From Candidatus Binatia bacterium (GTDB lineage Bacteria > Desulfobacterota > Binatia > Bin18): a stretch of 64,000 nt of DNA. Made by a program: the position numbers and the translations under genes. A model generated the notes under the pieces. The model had not been told where the DNA came from, searched no databases, and saw nothing but the letters and a program-made list of their open reading frames with translations. Location: NCBI GenBank assembly GCA_963666315.2, contig CAXXHG010000018.1:110936-174935 (forward strand), written 5' to 3'. This document shows, one piece after another, positions 10,415-19,643 of the stretch (the stretch's first letter is position 1; each line of letters begins with the position of its first letter).

Positions 10415-10744
10415 CTGAACGCTAACTCCGTGCGGAGAGTGCAGTTTTGTAAGGAAACCAGGGGAAACGAGCAGCAAGGAGGAGCGCGTTAATCTGATCC
10501 ATTCTGCGCTTGGCACAAGATTCAGGCACCGGGACCTACCAACTCCAGCATCTGCCCGTTTGTCCGAGCGGCTTTAGTCGCCTAACGCTCCGCCTCAGCC
10601 ACCGTGGCCCACCCCTATCCTTTCGGCTTCAGTCAGAGCCGCTAGCGCCACGCTGCCCAGGCTGGAGCGTCAAGCGCGTTTTCGCCTGTCCGATACCCAT
10701 TTTGTTGGTGGTCTGAGAGTGCATGGTAATCCCGCCCACAGTCA

Positions 10745-10842
10745 GATCCGCTAGGCTGTATACCTCTTGTCCCCTCCGATTCAACAGGTGAGTAGTGACT
10801 ATCGTCGTGCTCACGTCACGATGGCCGAATAATTCCTGAATG
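10745..10842 (-). pseudogene. Integron integrase (IntI-like) C-terminal remnant
   Basis: Translates IQELFGHRDVSTTIVTTHLLNRRGQEVYSLAD, compared with the IntI consensus xQELLGHxDVSTTMIYTHVLNRGGxGVxSPLD. The catalytic Tyr is lost and the rest of the gene is absent. Confidence 0.7.
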
Positions 10843-10936
10843 GCAAATCGGATTCCCAAAGAGGTTGACTGCTTTTGCACTAGGCTGAACCGATAGTGAA
10901 AGGGTCAGGCGGAGAAAAGTGTGGATGTGCCGCAAG

Positions 10937-10978
10937 AAACCCACCCCGGCGCTAAGCGCCACCCTCCAAGGAGGGGAT
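10937..10978 (+). repeat. REP-like palindrome (CCCACCCC..GGCGC/GCGCC..CCTCCAAGGAGG family)
   Basis: Related copies at about 29606-29648, 34732-34769 and 43956-44033 (reverse). Confidence 0.7.
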
Positions 10979-11133
10979 AGTAAAATGGGCGGGTGATCAG
11001 CCTAGGGGAAATACGTAGAGAGTTACTCCCTGGAGCAAGAAGACGGCAGGCTGCACCGACCTTGACGCCTCCCCCATCGGGCGCCTAATAAAAAACACCA
11101 GAAAGCAGGGGGCAAGGAGAAGGAGGAGGAGTC

Positions 11134-12030
11134 ATGGACTACGGTGTTGTGTTACCCCACCTCGGGGCGTTCGCGCGTGAGAATGTCGTTGAGCGCGTAC
11201 GCATTGTCGCGCAACAGGCAGAGGCTCTGGGCTTCAATTCGCTGTGGGTAGGCGATCATCTGATTGTGCCAACCAAGCTCAACTCCAAATATCCCTACCA
11301 CCCTGAAGGCCGCTTTCCCCTTGACCCGGCGGACAACTTCCTCGAACCGCTCACAGTGCTGAGCTATGTGGCCGCCCAGACCACCACCATCCGGCTGGGC
11401 ACCGGGGTGCTCATTATTCCGTACCGTAACCCAGTCGTCACGGCCAAGATGTTTGCCACCCTTGATGTGTTGTCTGGGGGACGCACCATTGTCGGCGCAG
11501 GCGTGGGCTGGATGGAAGAAGAGTTCGAGATTTTACATGCCCCGTACCATGAACGTGGGGCGCAGACGGACGAGTATCTCCAGGCTATGAAGATTCTGTG
11601 GACCGAACAGGAGCCACAGTTCGAGGGACGCTATGAAAAGTTTGCCGACATCAGATGTGAACCGAAGCCTGTGCAAAAGCCCCATCCACCGATTTGGATA
11701 GGCGGTCATAGCAAAGCAGCCCTACGCCGGACGGCAACACTAGCCGACGGCTGGTATGGACACGTGCTGTGGCGCAATCCAGATGCCCTGCCGCGTGAGA
11801 TTCAGACCATCAGACAATTTGCAGAGCAGGCCGGTCGAGACCCCGACGCTCTGACCTATGCCGCACTCGCCTACGAGCAAACGCCAGAAGACGTCCTCCG
11901 TGCCTTACCGCGTTATCAACAGGCCGGCCTTGATCATGTGGTATTGGCCTTCTTCATGTGGACACAGCACTTTGACGACATGCTGAAACTTATGGAACGG
12001 TTTGCCAAAGAAGTCGGGCTTAGAAATTAG
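11134..12030 (+). CDS. LLM-class, probably F420-dependent oxidoreductase (Rv2161c-like)
   Basis: AEALGFNSLWVGDH, RLGTGVLIIPYRNP, LDVLSGGR, GVGWMEEEF, PKPVQKPHPPIWIGG; strong RBS. Confidence 0.9.
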   Translation: MDYGVVLPHLGAFARENVVERVRIVAQQAEALGFNSLWVGDHLIVPTKLNSKYPYHPEGRFPLDPADNFLEPLTVLSYVAAQTTTIRLGTGVLIIPYRNPVVTAKMFATLDVLSGGRTIVGAGVGWMEEEFEILHAPYHERGAQTDEYLQAMKILWTEQEPQFEGRYEKFADIRCEPKPVQKPHPPIWIGGHSKAALRRTATLADGWYGHVLWRNPDALPREIQTIRQFAEQAGRDPDALTYAALAYEQTPEDVLRALPRYQQAGLDHVVLAFFMWTQHFDDMLKLMERFAKEVGLRN

Positions 12031-12425
12031 AGGTCACGACGATTTGACTCTTGCGCTTGGCCCACTTGCGCGAGCACCAATCGCATCGGAGAGAGTGTTC
12101 GGCTCAAAGGATTTACCATTAAGCCCACCGTCTCAAGAGTGACTGCTCCTAATAGTGGACCATCGTCGGCTTCTCCGAGCACGACTGGAGAAGTTGCACT
12201 GTATCCCTCAAGAGTAAAACGACACTCAGACACTCCCCGGGTGATAGTCGTTCCATCGGCAAGGGTAAATTCCACACTCCGTTGGGGCTTCAGTTTCAGG
12301 CTACGCCATAGATGAAGAGGAAGCACAGTGTAGACCGCCCCTGTGTCAACAAGGAAGCGAACATCTATGGAGCGACCTCGTCCGCTGGGTTTGGCTACCG
12401 TAGCACGGACATATGTGAGACCCAT
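12027..12425 (-). CDS. Clan AA aspartyl protease-like small protein
   Basis: FLVDTGAVYT catalytic motif, LADG and PLLGAVTLE. Confidence 0.85.
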   Translation of the reverse strand: MGLTYVRATVAKPSGRGRSIDVRFLVDTGAVYTVLPLHLWRSLKLKPQRSVEFTLADGTTITRGVSECRFTLEGYSATSPVVLGEADDGPLLGAVTLETVGLMVNPLSRTLSPMRLVLAQVGQAQESNRRDL

Positions 12426-12465
12426 TCTCTTTTCTCCTCAGACACGATTTCCGCTCGGTTCATTC

Positions 12466-13020
12466 TTACTCGGAGTAGGCCTCAGGTCGCAAGACAGCAA
12501 TGTAGGGCAGGTTGCGATAGTGCCCGGCAAAGTCGAGGCCATAGCCGACTACAAAGACATCTTCTATGACAAAGCCGCGAAAGTCGGCTTCACTGTTCAC
12601 AGCTCGCCGGGCGGGTTTGTCGAGCAGCACACAGGTTTTGACTTCGCTCGCGCCATGCTCGAACAGTGCTGCGCGGAGAAACTCCAAGGTCCGGCCCGTG
12701 TCGAGGATGTCATCAACCAGGAGAATACGGCGTCCCTGGATTTCTTTCTCAGCAGGAAAGTATTCAAGGCTGAGAGTTCCGGCCGCCGTCTCGTCTCGGT
12801 AGCTCGACACCGCGGCAAAGGTTAGTGCAAGCGGGAAGGACAGGCGCCGGATCAAGTCAGCCGTAAAAACACAGCCGCCTTTGAGCACGGAAACGACGGT
12901 GCATGCATCATCGCGGAAATATGCCCTGACTTCGCCTCCAATCCGGTCAACACCGGCTCGGATTTCTGCTTCCGTGAATAGGATGCGCTCAATATCTTTT
13001 TCCAATTCCGGCGTTCCCAT
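12466..13020 (-). CDS. hpt: Hypoxanthine phosphoribosyltransferase
   Basis: VLKG, SSY, LLVDDILDTGRTL PRPP motif, LLDKP and FVVGYGLD..YRNLPYI. Confidence 0.93.
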   Translation of the reverse strand: MGTPELEKDIERILFTEAEIRAGVDRIGGEVRAYFRDDACTVVSVLKGGCVFTADLIRRLSFPLALTFAAVSSYRDETAAGTLSLEYFPAEKEIQGRRILLVDDILDTGRTLEFLRAALFEHGASEVKTCVLLDKPARRAVNSEADFRGFVIEDVFVVGYGLDFAGHYRNLPYIAVLRPEAYSE

Positions 13021-13098
13021 CCCTTTTTGACCCTATCTCCGATTGACTCGCCACCAAGAAGCTTTTAGCACAAGACAAGAGAGGAAAGGAGAATAGTA

Positions 13099-13842
13099 GT
13101 GCGCCAAAAATTATTAACAGTCCTGTTTGGGGTTCTTTGTATCGGCCTGCTGACATTCCCTTCGCAAGCGGCAGACTGGGCAGCAGTCTTAGCCGACCCG
13201 GATCGTCCCGAGGCAGACCGGGCACGAGATGGCAATCGGAAGCCCGATCAGGTCTTGCAGTTCTTGGGTATCGGCCCAGGCAAGAAAGTCGCCGACCTGC
13301 TTGCCGGTGGAGGGTATTACACCCGTATCCTGGTCAAAGCCGTAGGGGAAGAAGGCGCGGTCTACGCAGGCAATAACCCCTTCTATATGCGTTTCGTAGC
13401 AAAGCCCTGGAGCGAGTTATTTGCCACACCAGCCTTTCAGCACGTGCACCGTATCGACGGACGTGCTGAGCAGATGGCTCTGCCCCAAGACGGATCACTC
13501 GATGCCGTCATCATGGTCCTGGCTTATCATGATCTTTTTCTGACGGATGAAGATCGAACAAAAATGAACGCGCGTATCTTTGCTACGCTCAAGCCGGGTG
13601 GCGTATACGGAATTATCGATCACCACGCTCAAGAGGGTAGTGGTACGACAGCGGTGAAGTCGCTCCACCGCATTGAGGAGTCGGTGATAACGAAAGAGGT
13701 TACGGCGGCAGGTTTTGTCTTAGCCAAAAAGGGTGATTTTCTGCAAAATCCCAAGGATGACCATACCAAGATCGTCTTTGATCCAGGCATCCGAGGCAAA
13801 ACAGATCGATTCGTACTGCGCTTTGAAAAGCCAGCGGAATGA
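13099..13842 (+). CDS. Secreted SAM-dependent methyltransferase-like protein (COG4798 type)
   Basis: Signal peptide, RD..RKP, GGGYYT, YHD, LKPGG..GIIDH and RGKTDRFVLRF. Confidence 0.85.
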   Translation: MRQKLLTVLFGVLCIGLLTFPSQAADWAAVLADPDRPEADRARDGNRKPDQVLQFLGIGPGKKVADLLAGGGYYTRILVKAVGEEGAVYAGNNPFYMRFVAKPWSELFATPAFQHVHRIDGRAEQMALPQDGSLDAVIMVLAYHDLFLTDEDRTKMNARIFATLKPGGVYGIIDHHAQEGSGTTAVKSLHRIEESVITKEVTAAGFVLAKKGDFLQNPKDDHTKIVFDPGIRGKTDRFVLRFEKPAE

Positions 13843-13878
13843 ACGGGAATACGGTTTCCATTTGATCACTGTCCATTC

Positions 13879-13935
13879 CCGTTCATGCTTCGACAGAGCC
13901 AGTCCTGAGCTTGCCGAAGGGCTCAGCACAAACGG
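13879..13935. repeat. REP-like palindrome (CTTCGACA / CCTGAGCTTGCCGAAGG family)
   Basis: CCGTT..TGCTTCGACAG...CCTGAGCTTGCCGAAGGGCTCAGCACAAACGG; degenerate relative at about 18300-18347. Confidence 0.65.
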
Positions 13936-13982
13936 GGACCCCTCGCACTTTACTGCGATACAGACACATCCCGCGTAGCAAC

Positions 13983-14013
13983 AAAAAAGGGCAGCCTGAA
14001 TAGACTGCCCTTT
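13983..14013 (-). terminator. Intrinsic terminator
   Basis: AAAAAAGGGCAG...CTGCCCTTT hairpin downstream of the 14039 gene. Confidence 0.75.
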
Positions 14014-14038
14014 CCTCCATCACAAGTCTGGTGAAGAA

Positions 14039-15376
14039 TTACTTCAGCATGCCCAAATCTTTGAGAGGCGTACGGTCCACCACAGGCAGTCGTCTTGTCC
14101 CTGGCTGGAGCTTGTTCGAGCCTGGACGGCGTTCAAACGGATCGACCAGCCCAAGTTCCTTGGCGTAGTCCTTCACCGCGGGACTCACCTCTTGTCCGAG
14201 CAACCGGATGCTGGTCATCCGATCTTCGTTGCCGACCTGGCCTTGAACGCTGAAGACTGTAAAAATACCCGGACGCAGGACACGCATGAGAATTTTAATC
14301 TTCTCGATCACGGTTTTGGGTGATCCTACAAGCAGCAGCAGATCTTTCTGCGCTCTATCATACGACTTAAGCAGTTTCCGGCGCACCTCGTCAAAATTGT
14401 CTCCGCCCGTTTCATCTTTGCCGGTCTGGGCCTGTTTGAGCCGCTCCTTACTCACACCCACCCATCCCCCGCTCGGACGCTGGGCCAGCAGACGAATGGC
14501 GTTCTTTGAATTATAGCCCGGCGGCAACGTATGCTCAGGCCGGGAAAAAGCATTTGCGCCACCGCCAAAGACAAAACCTTTTCCTAACTCCTGGGCTTTC
14601 TCATCGGTCTCGGCCACAAACACGCCCAGCAAATAGCCGAAGTTTTCCGAACCAGCCTGATAGCCGTTGTCGGCGGCTATATCCGCATAAATATCCCACA
14701 GATCACAGGTCGGGCCGAGCGACGTCACCAGCCCCAGATACGGATAGCTATGCTCAGCGCTCCAGCGCACAGTTTCCGGGCTGAGCACCCCGGGAATCCA
14801 CATTTGCGGATGCGGCTTTTGATACGGCAAGACCCACGGATTGACATGCCGGTAGTGAAAATGTTTGCCTTCGTAGCGCCACGGGCCCGGCTTCGTCCAG
14901 GCTTGAATAATGAAATCGTGCGCCTCGTTGAACATCTCTCGATTATAGGCCGGGTTGGCATTATTAAAGAACTGCTCACTGCCGGCGCCACGCACCCAGC
15001 CGGCCACCAGACGACCGCGTGAGATCAGATCGATCTCGGCCAGCTCCTCTGCCATACGCAACGGATGTTTGATCACCGGCAACGGGTTTCCAATTAAGAC
15101 GATCTTGGCTTTACTGGTAATGTGGGCCAAGATCGAAGCCTCAACATTCATCACGCTGCCCATACAGAAGGGGTTGCCATGGTGCTCGTTGAGCATAAGG
15201 GCGTCAAAGCCCATTTCCTCGGCATAACAATATTCGTCGAGGTAGTAGTTATAGTCGTCGGCCGCTTTTTCACGGTCAAAGTGCGAATTCGGAACGGCAA
15301 AGAAAGCCCTATTCTCCAGCACCGTGTCTTCGTCCAGATGGCGGTAGGGCCGTTCGGTAAAATATCCAAAGATCAT
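14039..15376 (-). CDS. LLM-class flavin-dependent oxidoreductase
   Basis: AEEMGFDALMLNEHH, PLRMAEELA and GWVRGAGSE; paralog of 353-1653. ATG at 15376 with AAGGAG. Confidence 0.9.
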   Translation of the reverse strand: MIFGYFTERPYRHLDEDTVLENRAFFAVPNSHFDREKAADDYNYYLDEYCYAEEMGFDALMLNEHHGNPFCMGSVMNVEASILAHITSKAKIVLIGNPLPVIKHPLRMAEELAEIDLISRGRLVAGWVRGAGSEQFFNNANPAYNREMFNEAHDFIIQAWTKPGPWRYEGKHFHYRHVNPWVLPYQKPHPQMWIPGVLSPETVRWSAEHSYPYLGLVTSLGPTCDLWDIYADIAADNGYQAGSENFGYLLGVFVAETDEKAQELGKGFVFGGGANAFSRPEHTLPPGYNSKNAIRLLAQRPSGGWVGVSKERLKQAQTGKDETGGDNFDEVRRKLLKSYDRAQKDLLLLVGSPKTVIEKIKILMRVLRPGIFTVFSVQGQVGNEDRMTSIRLLGQEVSPAVKDYAKELGLVDPFERRPGSNKLQPGTRRLPVVDRTPLKDLGMLK

Positions 15377-15483
15377 GCACAACTCCTTTTTGTGTAACTC
15401 CTATGTGAATGACGCTCTGTCATAGCAGAATCCCAAACAGGGTTGAACCGTCTTGCATACAACAAAGAACAGATTCCTACTTA

Positions 15484-15636
15484 GAATCACTAACAAAACT
15501 TCGTCTTATCCCTCTGGCCTGGATGCCTGCTTTCGCAGGCATGACACAAACAGGCCGTCATTCCCGCGTACGCGGGAATCCAGAGAAGCAGGGCTACACT
15601 TCGGGGACTGGCTTCAGCCCGTTTTGTTAGGCGCTC
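15484..15636. mobile_element. MITE carrying an internal REP doublet
   Basis: TIRs GAATCACTAACAAAAC / GTTTTGTTAGGCGCTC. Internal CTGGATGCCTGCTTTCGCAGGCATGAC and GTCATTCCCGCGTACGCGGGAATCCAG. Sister copy at 43741-43895. Confidence 0.75.
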
Positions 15637-15651
15637 TTTAAAAGACCCCAT

Positions 15652-16836
15652 TTAAAACGATCGCGGCAAGCCTATCTGCTCCCCAATAAAATTCAGGACC
15701 ATCTCGTCCGTAATGGGAGCGATCCGATACAAACGCGAGTCTCGCCAGTAGCGCTGCATGTCAAACTCCATGCTGTAGCAATACCCGCCCAGCACTTGCA
15801 TGCCGCGGTCGGCCGCCTGACAGGCTGTGTTGGCCGCGACGAGTTTGGCCATATTCGCCTCCATCCCGCACTCTCGTCCGAGCGACTGCAGCCAGGCGGC
15901 TTTATACGTAATCAGTGTGGCTAATTCAATATCCGTGCGCGTGCGCGCCAGCTCATGTTGCAGGGCCTGGAACTGGCCTATGGGGCGACCGAAGGCCTGG
16001 CGCTGTTTGGCATACTCTAGGGCATCGTGAAAGGCCGCCTGGGCCAACCCGAGACAAATGGCGGCGACAAGAATGCGTTCATTATTGAGCATAGGCAGCA
16101 AATCGTAAAAGCCATAGTCTTGACGGCCAAGAATGCTGCTGCGTGGCACGCGTACATCGGTATAAAACACTTCGAACGAACTGGTTGCCCGGATGCCCAG
16201 TTTATTGATTTTACGAATCTCAATGCCCTCAGTCTTGGGATCAACCAGAAAGATGGTGATCCCGTGCGTTTTTTTTGTGGCCTGCGGATCGGTGCGGGCA
16301 TAGACCACCATATAGTCTGCCAGGTGGGCACACGTCGTCCAGACTTTTGAGCCGTTGATAATAAAGTCGTCCCCTTCGGCGCGAGCGGTTGTTTTCATCA
16401 CATTGAGTATATCCGTCCCACCGTCGGGTTCTGTGACAGAAATAGCAAACATGGCCTCACCGCGCGCCAGACGCGGCAGCAGTTCCTGTTTTTGCTGCGT
16501 GTTCCCGGCAAAGGCTAAGGCTTTTGCACCAAAGCAGCTGGACATCATAAACGTCAGCGCAATCGAAGCACTCTTCTTTGCCATTTCCTCGACCACAATC
16601 ACCATGTCGAGAATGTCCCCACCCGTTCCCCCATACTCGGGATCAATAGGAATCCCCAGGTAGCCGGCCTCGGCCAGCTTGTCCCACACGTGGCGTGGGA
16701 ATTCTTCCTTCTCATCCATTTCCCGCACATACTCGGCCGGACACTCCTTTTCCACGAGTTTCTGAATGCCCTGGCGCAGCAAGTCTTTCTGCTCGCCCAG
16801 GTCGAAATTGAGATCAGTCTGCATATCCGTTTGCAT
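15652..16836 (-). CDS. Acyl-CoA dehydrogenase
   Basis: TEPDGGTD, INGSKVW, R.AFGRPIGQFQALQH, GGY and RYWRD motifs. Confidence 0.93.
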   Translation of the reverse strand: MQTDMQTDLNFDLGEQKDLLRQGIQKLVEKECPAEYVREMDEKEEFPRHVWDKLAEAGYLGIPIDPEYGGTGGDILDMVIVVEEMAKKSASIALTFMMSSCFGAKALAFAGNTQQKQELLPRLARGEAMFAISVTEPDGGTDILNVMKTTARAEGDDFIINGSKVWTTCAHLADYMVVYARTDPQATKKTHGITIFLVDPKTEGIEIRKINKLGIRATSSFEVFYTDVRVPRSSILGRQDYGFYDLLPMLNNERILVAAICLGLAQAAFHDALEYAKQRQAFGRPIGQFQALQHELARTRTDIELATLITYKAAWLQSLGRECGMEANMAKLVAANTACQAADRGMQVLGGYCYSMEFDMQRYWRDSRLYRIAPITDEMVLNFIGEQIGLPRSF

Positions 16837-16898
16837 TGAGTGGGTACTCCTATCTGAATCACTTCTCGGCGATACTCAGCGATAAATAATCCGAACGC

Positions 16899-17787
16899 CT
16901 ACAACCCAATTTTTTGCGCAAAGTCTTCGAGTACGTCTAATACGTGCTCGCGATCTTTACTCCAGTACGGCACTGGAGCCATGAAAAAGTCATAGCCTAA
17001 ATCCTGGTATTTCTTTATCTGATCGAAAAACGAGTCCATAGTCGGGGCATAGCCCGGACCGATCATGATCTCGACACTCGCAAAGTCGCGCCCGGCTTTT
17101 TCAGTCTCCGTTTTGAGGATCTCGACCATCTCTTGGAACCCGGTCACACTTTTCGGTACCGCCACCCAACCGTCACCAAATTCTGCAATACGGCGCATGG
17201 CGCGGGCGGAGTGTCCGCCGATCCAGACCGGGAGTGGATTCTGGACTGGCTTGGGTTCGCATTTGATTCCGCTGAAGCGACAGAATTCCCCCTCAAACTG
17301 TGGGTCGGGGTTCGTCCACAGCTCACGCATGATACGCAGATATTCATCGCTCAGCGCTCCGCGCCGCTTAAAAGGCGCGCCAAGGAGGCTGATCTCCTCC
17401 TCCATCCAACCGATACCAGCCCCCACGATCATGCGCCCGCGTGACAGCACATCGAGGGTGGCAAACATTTTTGCCACCCTCGATGGGATTCCGGTGAGGC
17501 AGAACGAGGACGGCCGTGCCGATGCGAACCCGCTGTGTAATTCCAGCCAGATAGCCCATGACCGTGAGCGGTTCCAGAAACGCCATCTCCGCCGGCAAGG
17601 GGAATTTACCCGATTTATTATATGGGTAGCGGGATTCGATATGGGTCGGGATAACAATGTGGTCGGGCAGCCAGAGGGAATCAAAGCCTAAAGCCTCTGC
17701 TTTCTGGGCGAAAGCCAGTATGGTATCGAGCGCTCCAGGTCCGGTTGCCAGCGGTCCGGTCATCGGGAGCGAGACTCCAACTTTCAT
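16899..17787 (-). pseudogene. LLM-class F420-type oxidoreductase, frameshifted by one extra base in a G run near 17478
   Basis: 17368-17787 (..VLPHRNPIE) and 16899-17684 (VAKMFATLDVLS..) join on removing one G; homolog of 11134-12030. Confidence 0.85.
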
Positions 17788-17804
17788 GCTTCCTCCTAGT
17801 CCCC

Positions 17805-18218
17805 CTAATCCATGGGCGGGTTTTGGGCGATTTGGGCGATATCGCTATCAAGCGTGAGCCACGATTGGGCGCTGTCACACCACAGTTGCGCCTCCGGCTT
17901 CAACCAGGAAGTGTCATCCAGCGTTCCAGCTTTAAGAAAATCCATAGTCGGCATGGCTTCAACCTCAGACAGGATAGGCGAGCCACACTTCCCGCAGAAT
18001 TTCCGAATGACAGCTTGGCCACTCGTCCCTTTATCACTAAAAGCCGACAGACTCCCATTGATTTTGAGAGTGCCCTTGGGAACAGCCACAAGCACAGAAA
18101 ACGCACTACTGGTTTGTTTTTGACAGTTTTTGCAATGGCATACCGCCATCATCATGGGGTCGGCATCGCAGGTATACCGAATACTCCCACACAGACATCC
18201 GCCAACGATCTTAGACAT
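17805..18218 (-). CDS. GFA / CENP-V family protein
   Basis: GGCLCG, CHCKNCQK and FCGKCGS zinc motifs. Confidence 0.92.
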   Translation of the reverse strand: MSKIVGGCLCGSIRYTCDADPMMMAVCHCKNCQKQTSSAFSVLVAVPKGTLKINGSLSAFSDKGTSGQAVIRKFCGKCGSPILSEVEAMPTMDFLKAGTLDDTSWLKPEAQLWCDSAQSWLTLDSDIAQIAQNPPMD

Positions 18219-18403
18219 ACACGTCCTCCTGTTTCGGTTGGTACTTTGGCCAATATCATGTGGTCTGGGGAGGATGAAGGGGTAAGGGGCCTCTATATCC
18301 GCTCACCCTGAGTTGCCGAAGCCTGTCCTAAGAAGGCTGAAAGGGGAGAGGAACGGTTCTTCCCTTGCCAAAGAGCAAGTAGGATACGTATAGGGAGGCT
18401 GTC

Positions 18404-18625
18404 TTGAAAACAAAACTCACTGTCACTATTGATAAGGAACTCATCCCGCAGGTAAAACAATACGCCCGGTCTCAGGGCGTCTCATTATCTCACCTGATCG
18501 AAACGACGCTGAGAGAGCTCAGTTCGAACGCAGGCACCTCTTTTTCAAATCGGTGGGGCGGGAAGTTTCGATCGGCGGATCGAGACGATGAACGCTATCG
18601 TGCGCTTGCAAAAAAGTATTTATGA
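18404..18625 (+). CDS. Ribbon-helix-helix antitoxin (DUF6364-like); cognate PIN toxin truncated
   Basis: MKTKLTVTID...KQYA...GVSLSHLIE...L.KKY. An overlapping ATG gives only MIFLLD.. before diverging. Confidence 0.75.
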   Translation: MKTKLTVTIDKELIPQVKQYARSQGVSLSHLIETTLRELSSNAGTSFSNRWGGKFRSADRDDERYRALAKKYL

Positions 18626-18723
18626 TTTTCTTGCTCGATCGGTACTGCGCGATTTCTTTTAGCCTCTCCCTTACTGACATGCAGGAGAACCGTAGGGCGG
18701 GTGGAACGTAGAGATACGTACCG

Positions 18724-18760
18724 AATCAGGCTGGGTCATCTGACTCAGCCTGATTTTCTC
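18724..18760. terminator. Hairpin / intrinsic terminator
   Basis: AATCAGGCTGGGTCA / TGACTCAGCCTGATT followed by a T-rich tract. Confidence 0.65.
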
Positions 18761-18774
18761 TTTTTCTATTTATC

Positions 18775-19242
18775 CTACTTGGCAGTCGGCCGTGTCACGC
18801 CGGCCATGGCCTCTTTGACCGTCGTCTTCAGAGGATACTGGGAGTAGTCGGCCTTGAGTTCAAGTGTATGGCCGTTTGGATCGGTGACGTACACAGAGGT
18901 GCCATAGCCTGTCGCGCCGTACAGCTCGACGGGTCCAAAGGTAATCGGAACGTCGTTGGCTTTCAAATAATTCACAATCGCATCGAAGTCACCGTGTAGG
19001 AGCAGACACACATGATCCACACCACGCTGGTCTTTTTCAGCCAGCGTTGCTCCTTCCGGCAAAACGCGTAGGTCGATCAGATTTCGGCCACAACGTAGCT
19101 GATACAAACCCATGTCTTCGATGACTCGCTCGACAGCAAGTCCGAGAATCTTTGTGTAGAAATGCAAAGTCTTTTCTATATCCGTGACCTGCAGCACCAC
19201 ATGATCAATGCCGTGAAATTGTATCGGGCAGTCGGATTTCAT
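18775..19242 (-). CDS. VOC / glyoxalase family protein
   Basis: GIDHVVL.V.D, FY..ILG, DHVCL and GATG.GTSVY..DP.G..LE. Confidence 0.9.
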   Translation of the reverse strand: MKSDCPIQFHGIDHVVLQVTDIEKTLHFYTKILGLAVERVIEDMGLYQLRCGRNLIDLRVLPEGATLAEKDQRGVDHVCLLLHGDFDAIVNYLKANDVPITFGPVELYGATGYGTSVYVTDPNGHTLELKADYSQYPLKTTVKEAMAGVTRPTAK

Positions 19243-19313
19243 ATATCCTCCTTTGTCATTTGGTGTAGGAACGAAACGTACTCATCGGCCTCAACTGACG
19301 CCCGAGGACATGC

Positions 19314-19640
19314 CTAGTCCTCCACCGGTACAAAACGCTTCACATCAAACCCATTAATAACTGCGGGGTTGTGAAACATCTCGACGGCGTTGGCCACTTC
19401 CATCAACGACAGGCTCATATGAAACAGCCGCTCGGCATCAAGCGGCATGTTATCGAGCGGCAACTGGTTGAGATATCCCATTACCGCCTCCAGACGCGGA
19501 GACATGCTGTCATAGAACTCCTGAATGTCTTCCATGCTACCAGCGAGCCGCTTGCTGGTGCGCTCCTGTTCTTTGGCCAACGCCCAGCCCACAAAGGGCT
19601 CAAGGTCGTCAAAAGCAGAGGGCAGTTTTTGCGCGGTCAT
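19314..19640 (-). CDS. Hypothetical protein tightly coupled to a Rieske oxygenase
   Basis: 108 aa, starting 3 nt after the Rieske stop; LP..F.DLEPF..W...E.ER..KR..SME.IQ.FYD pattern. Confidence 0.8.
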   Translation of the reverse strand: MTAQKLPSAFDDLEPFVGWALAKEQERTSKRLAGSMEDIQEFYDSMSPRLEAVMGYLNQLPLDNMPLDAERLFHMSLSLMEVANAVEMFHNPAVINGFDVKRFVPVED

Positions 19641-19643
19641 GGT

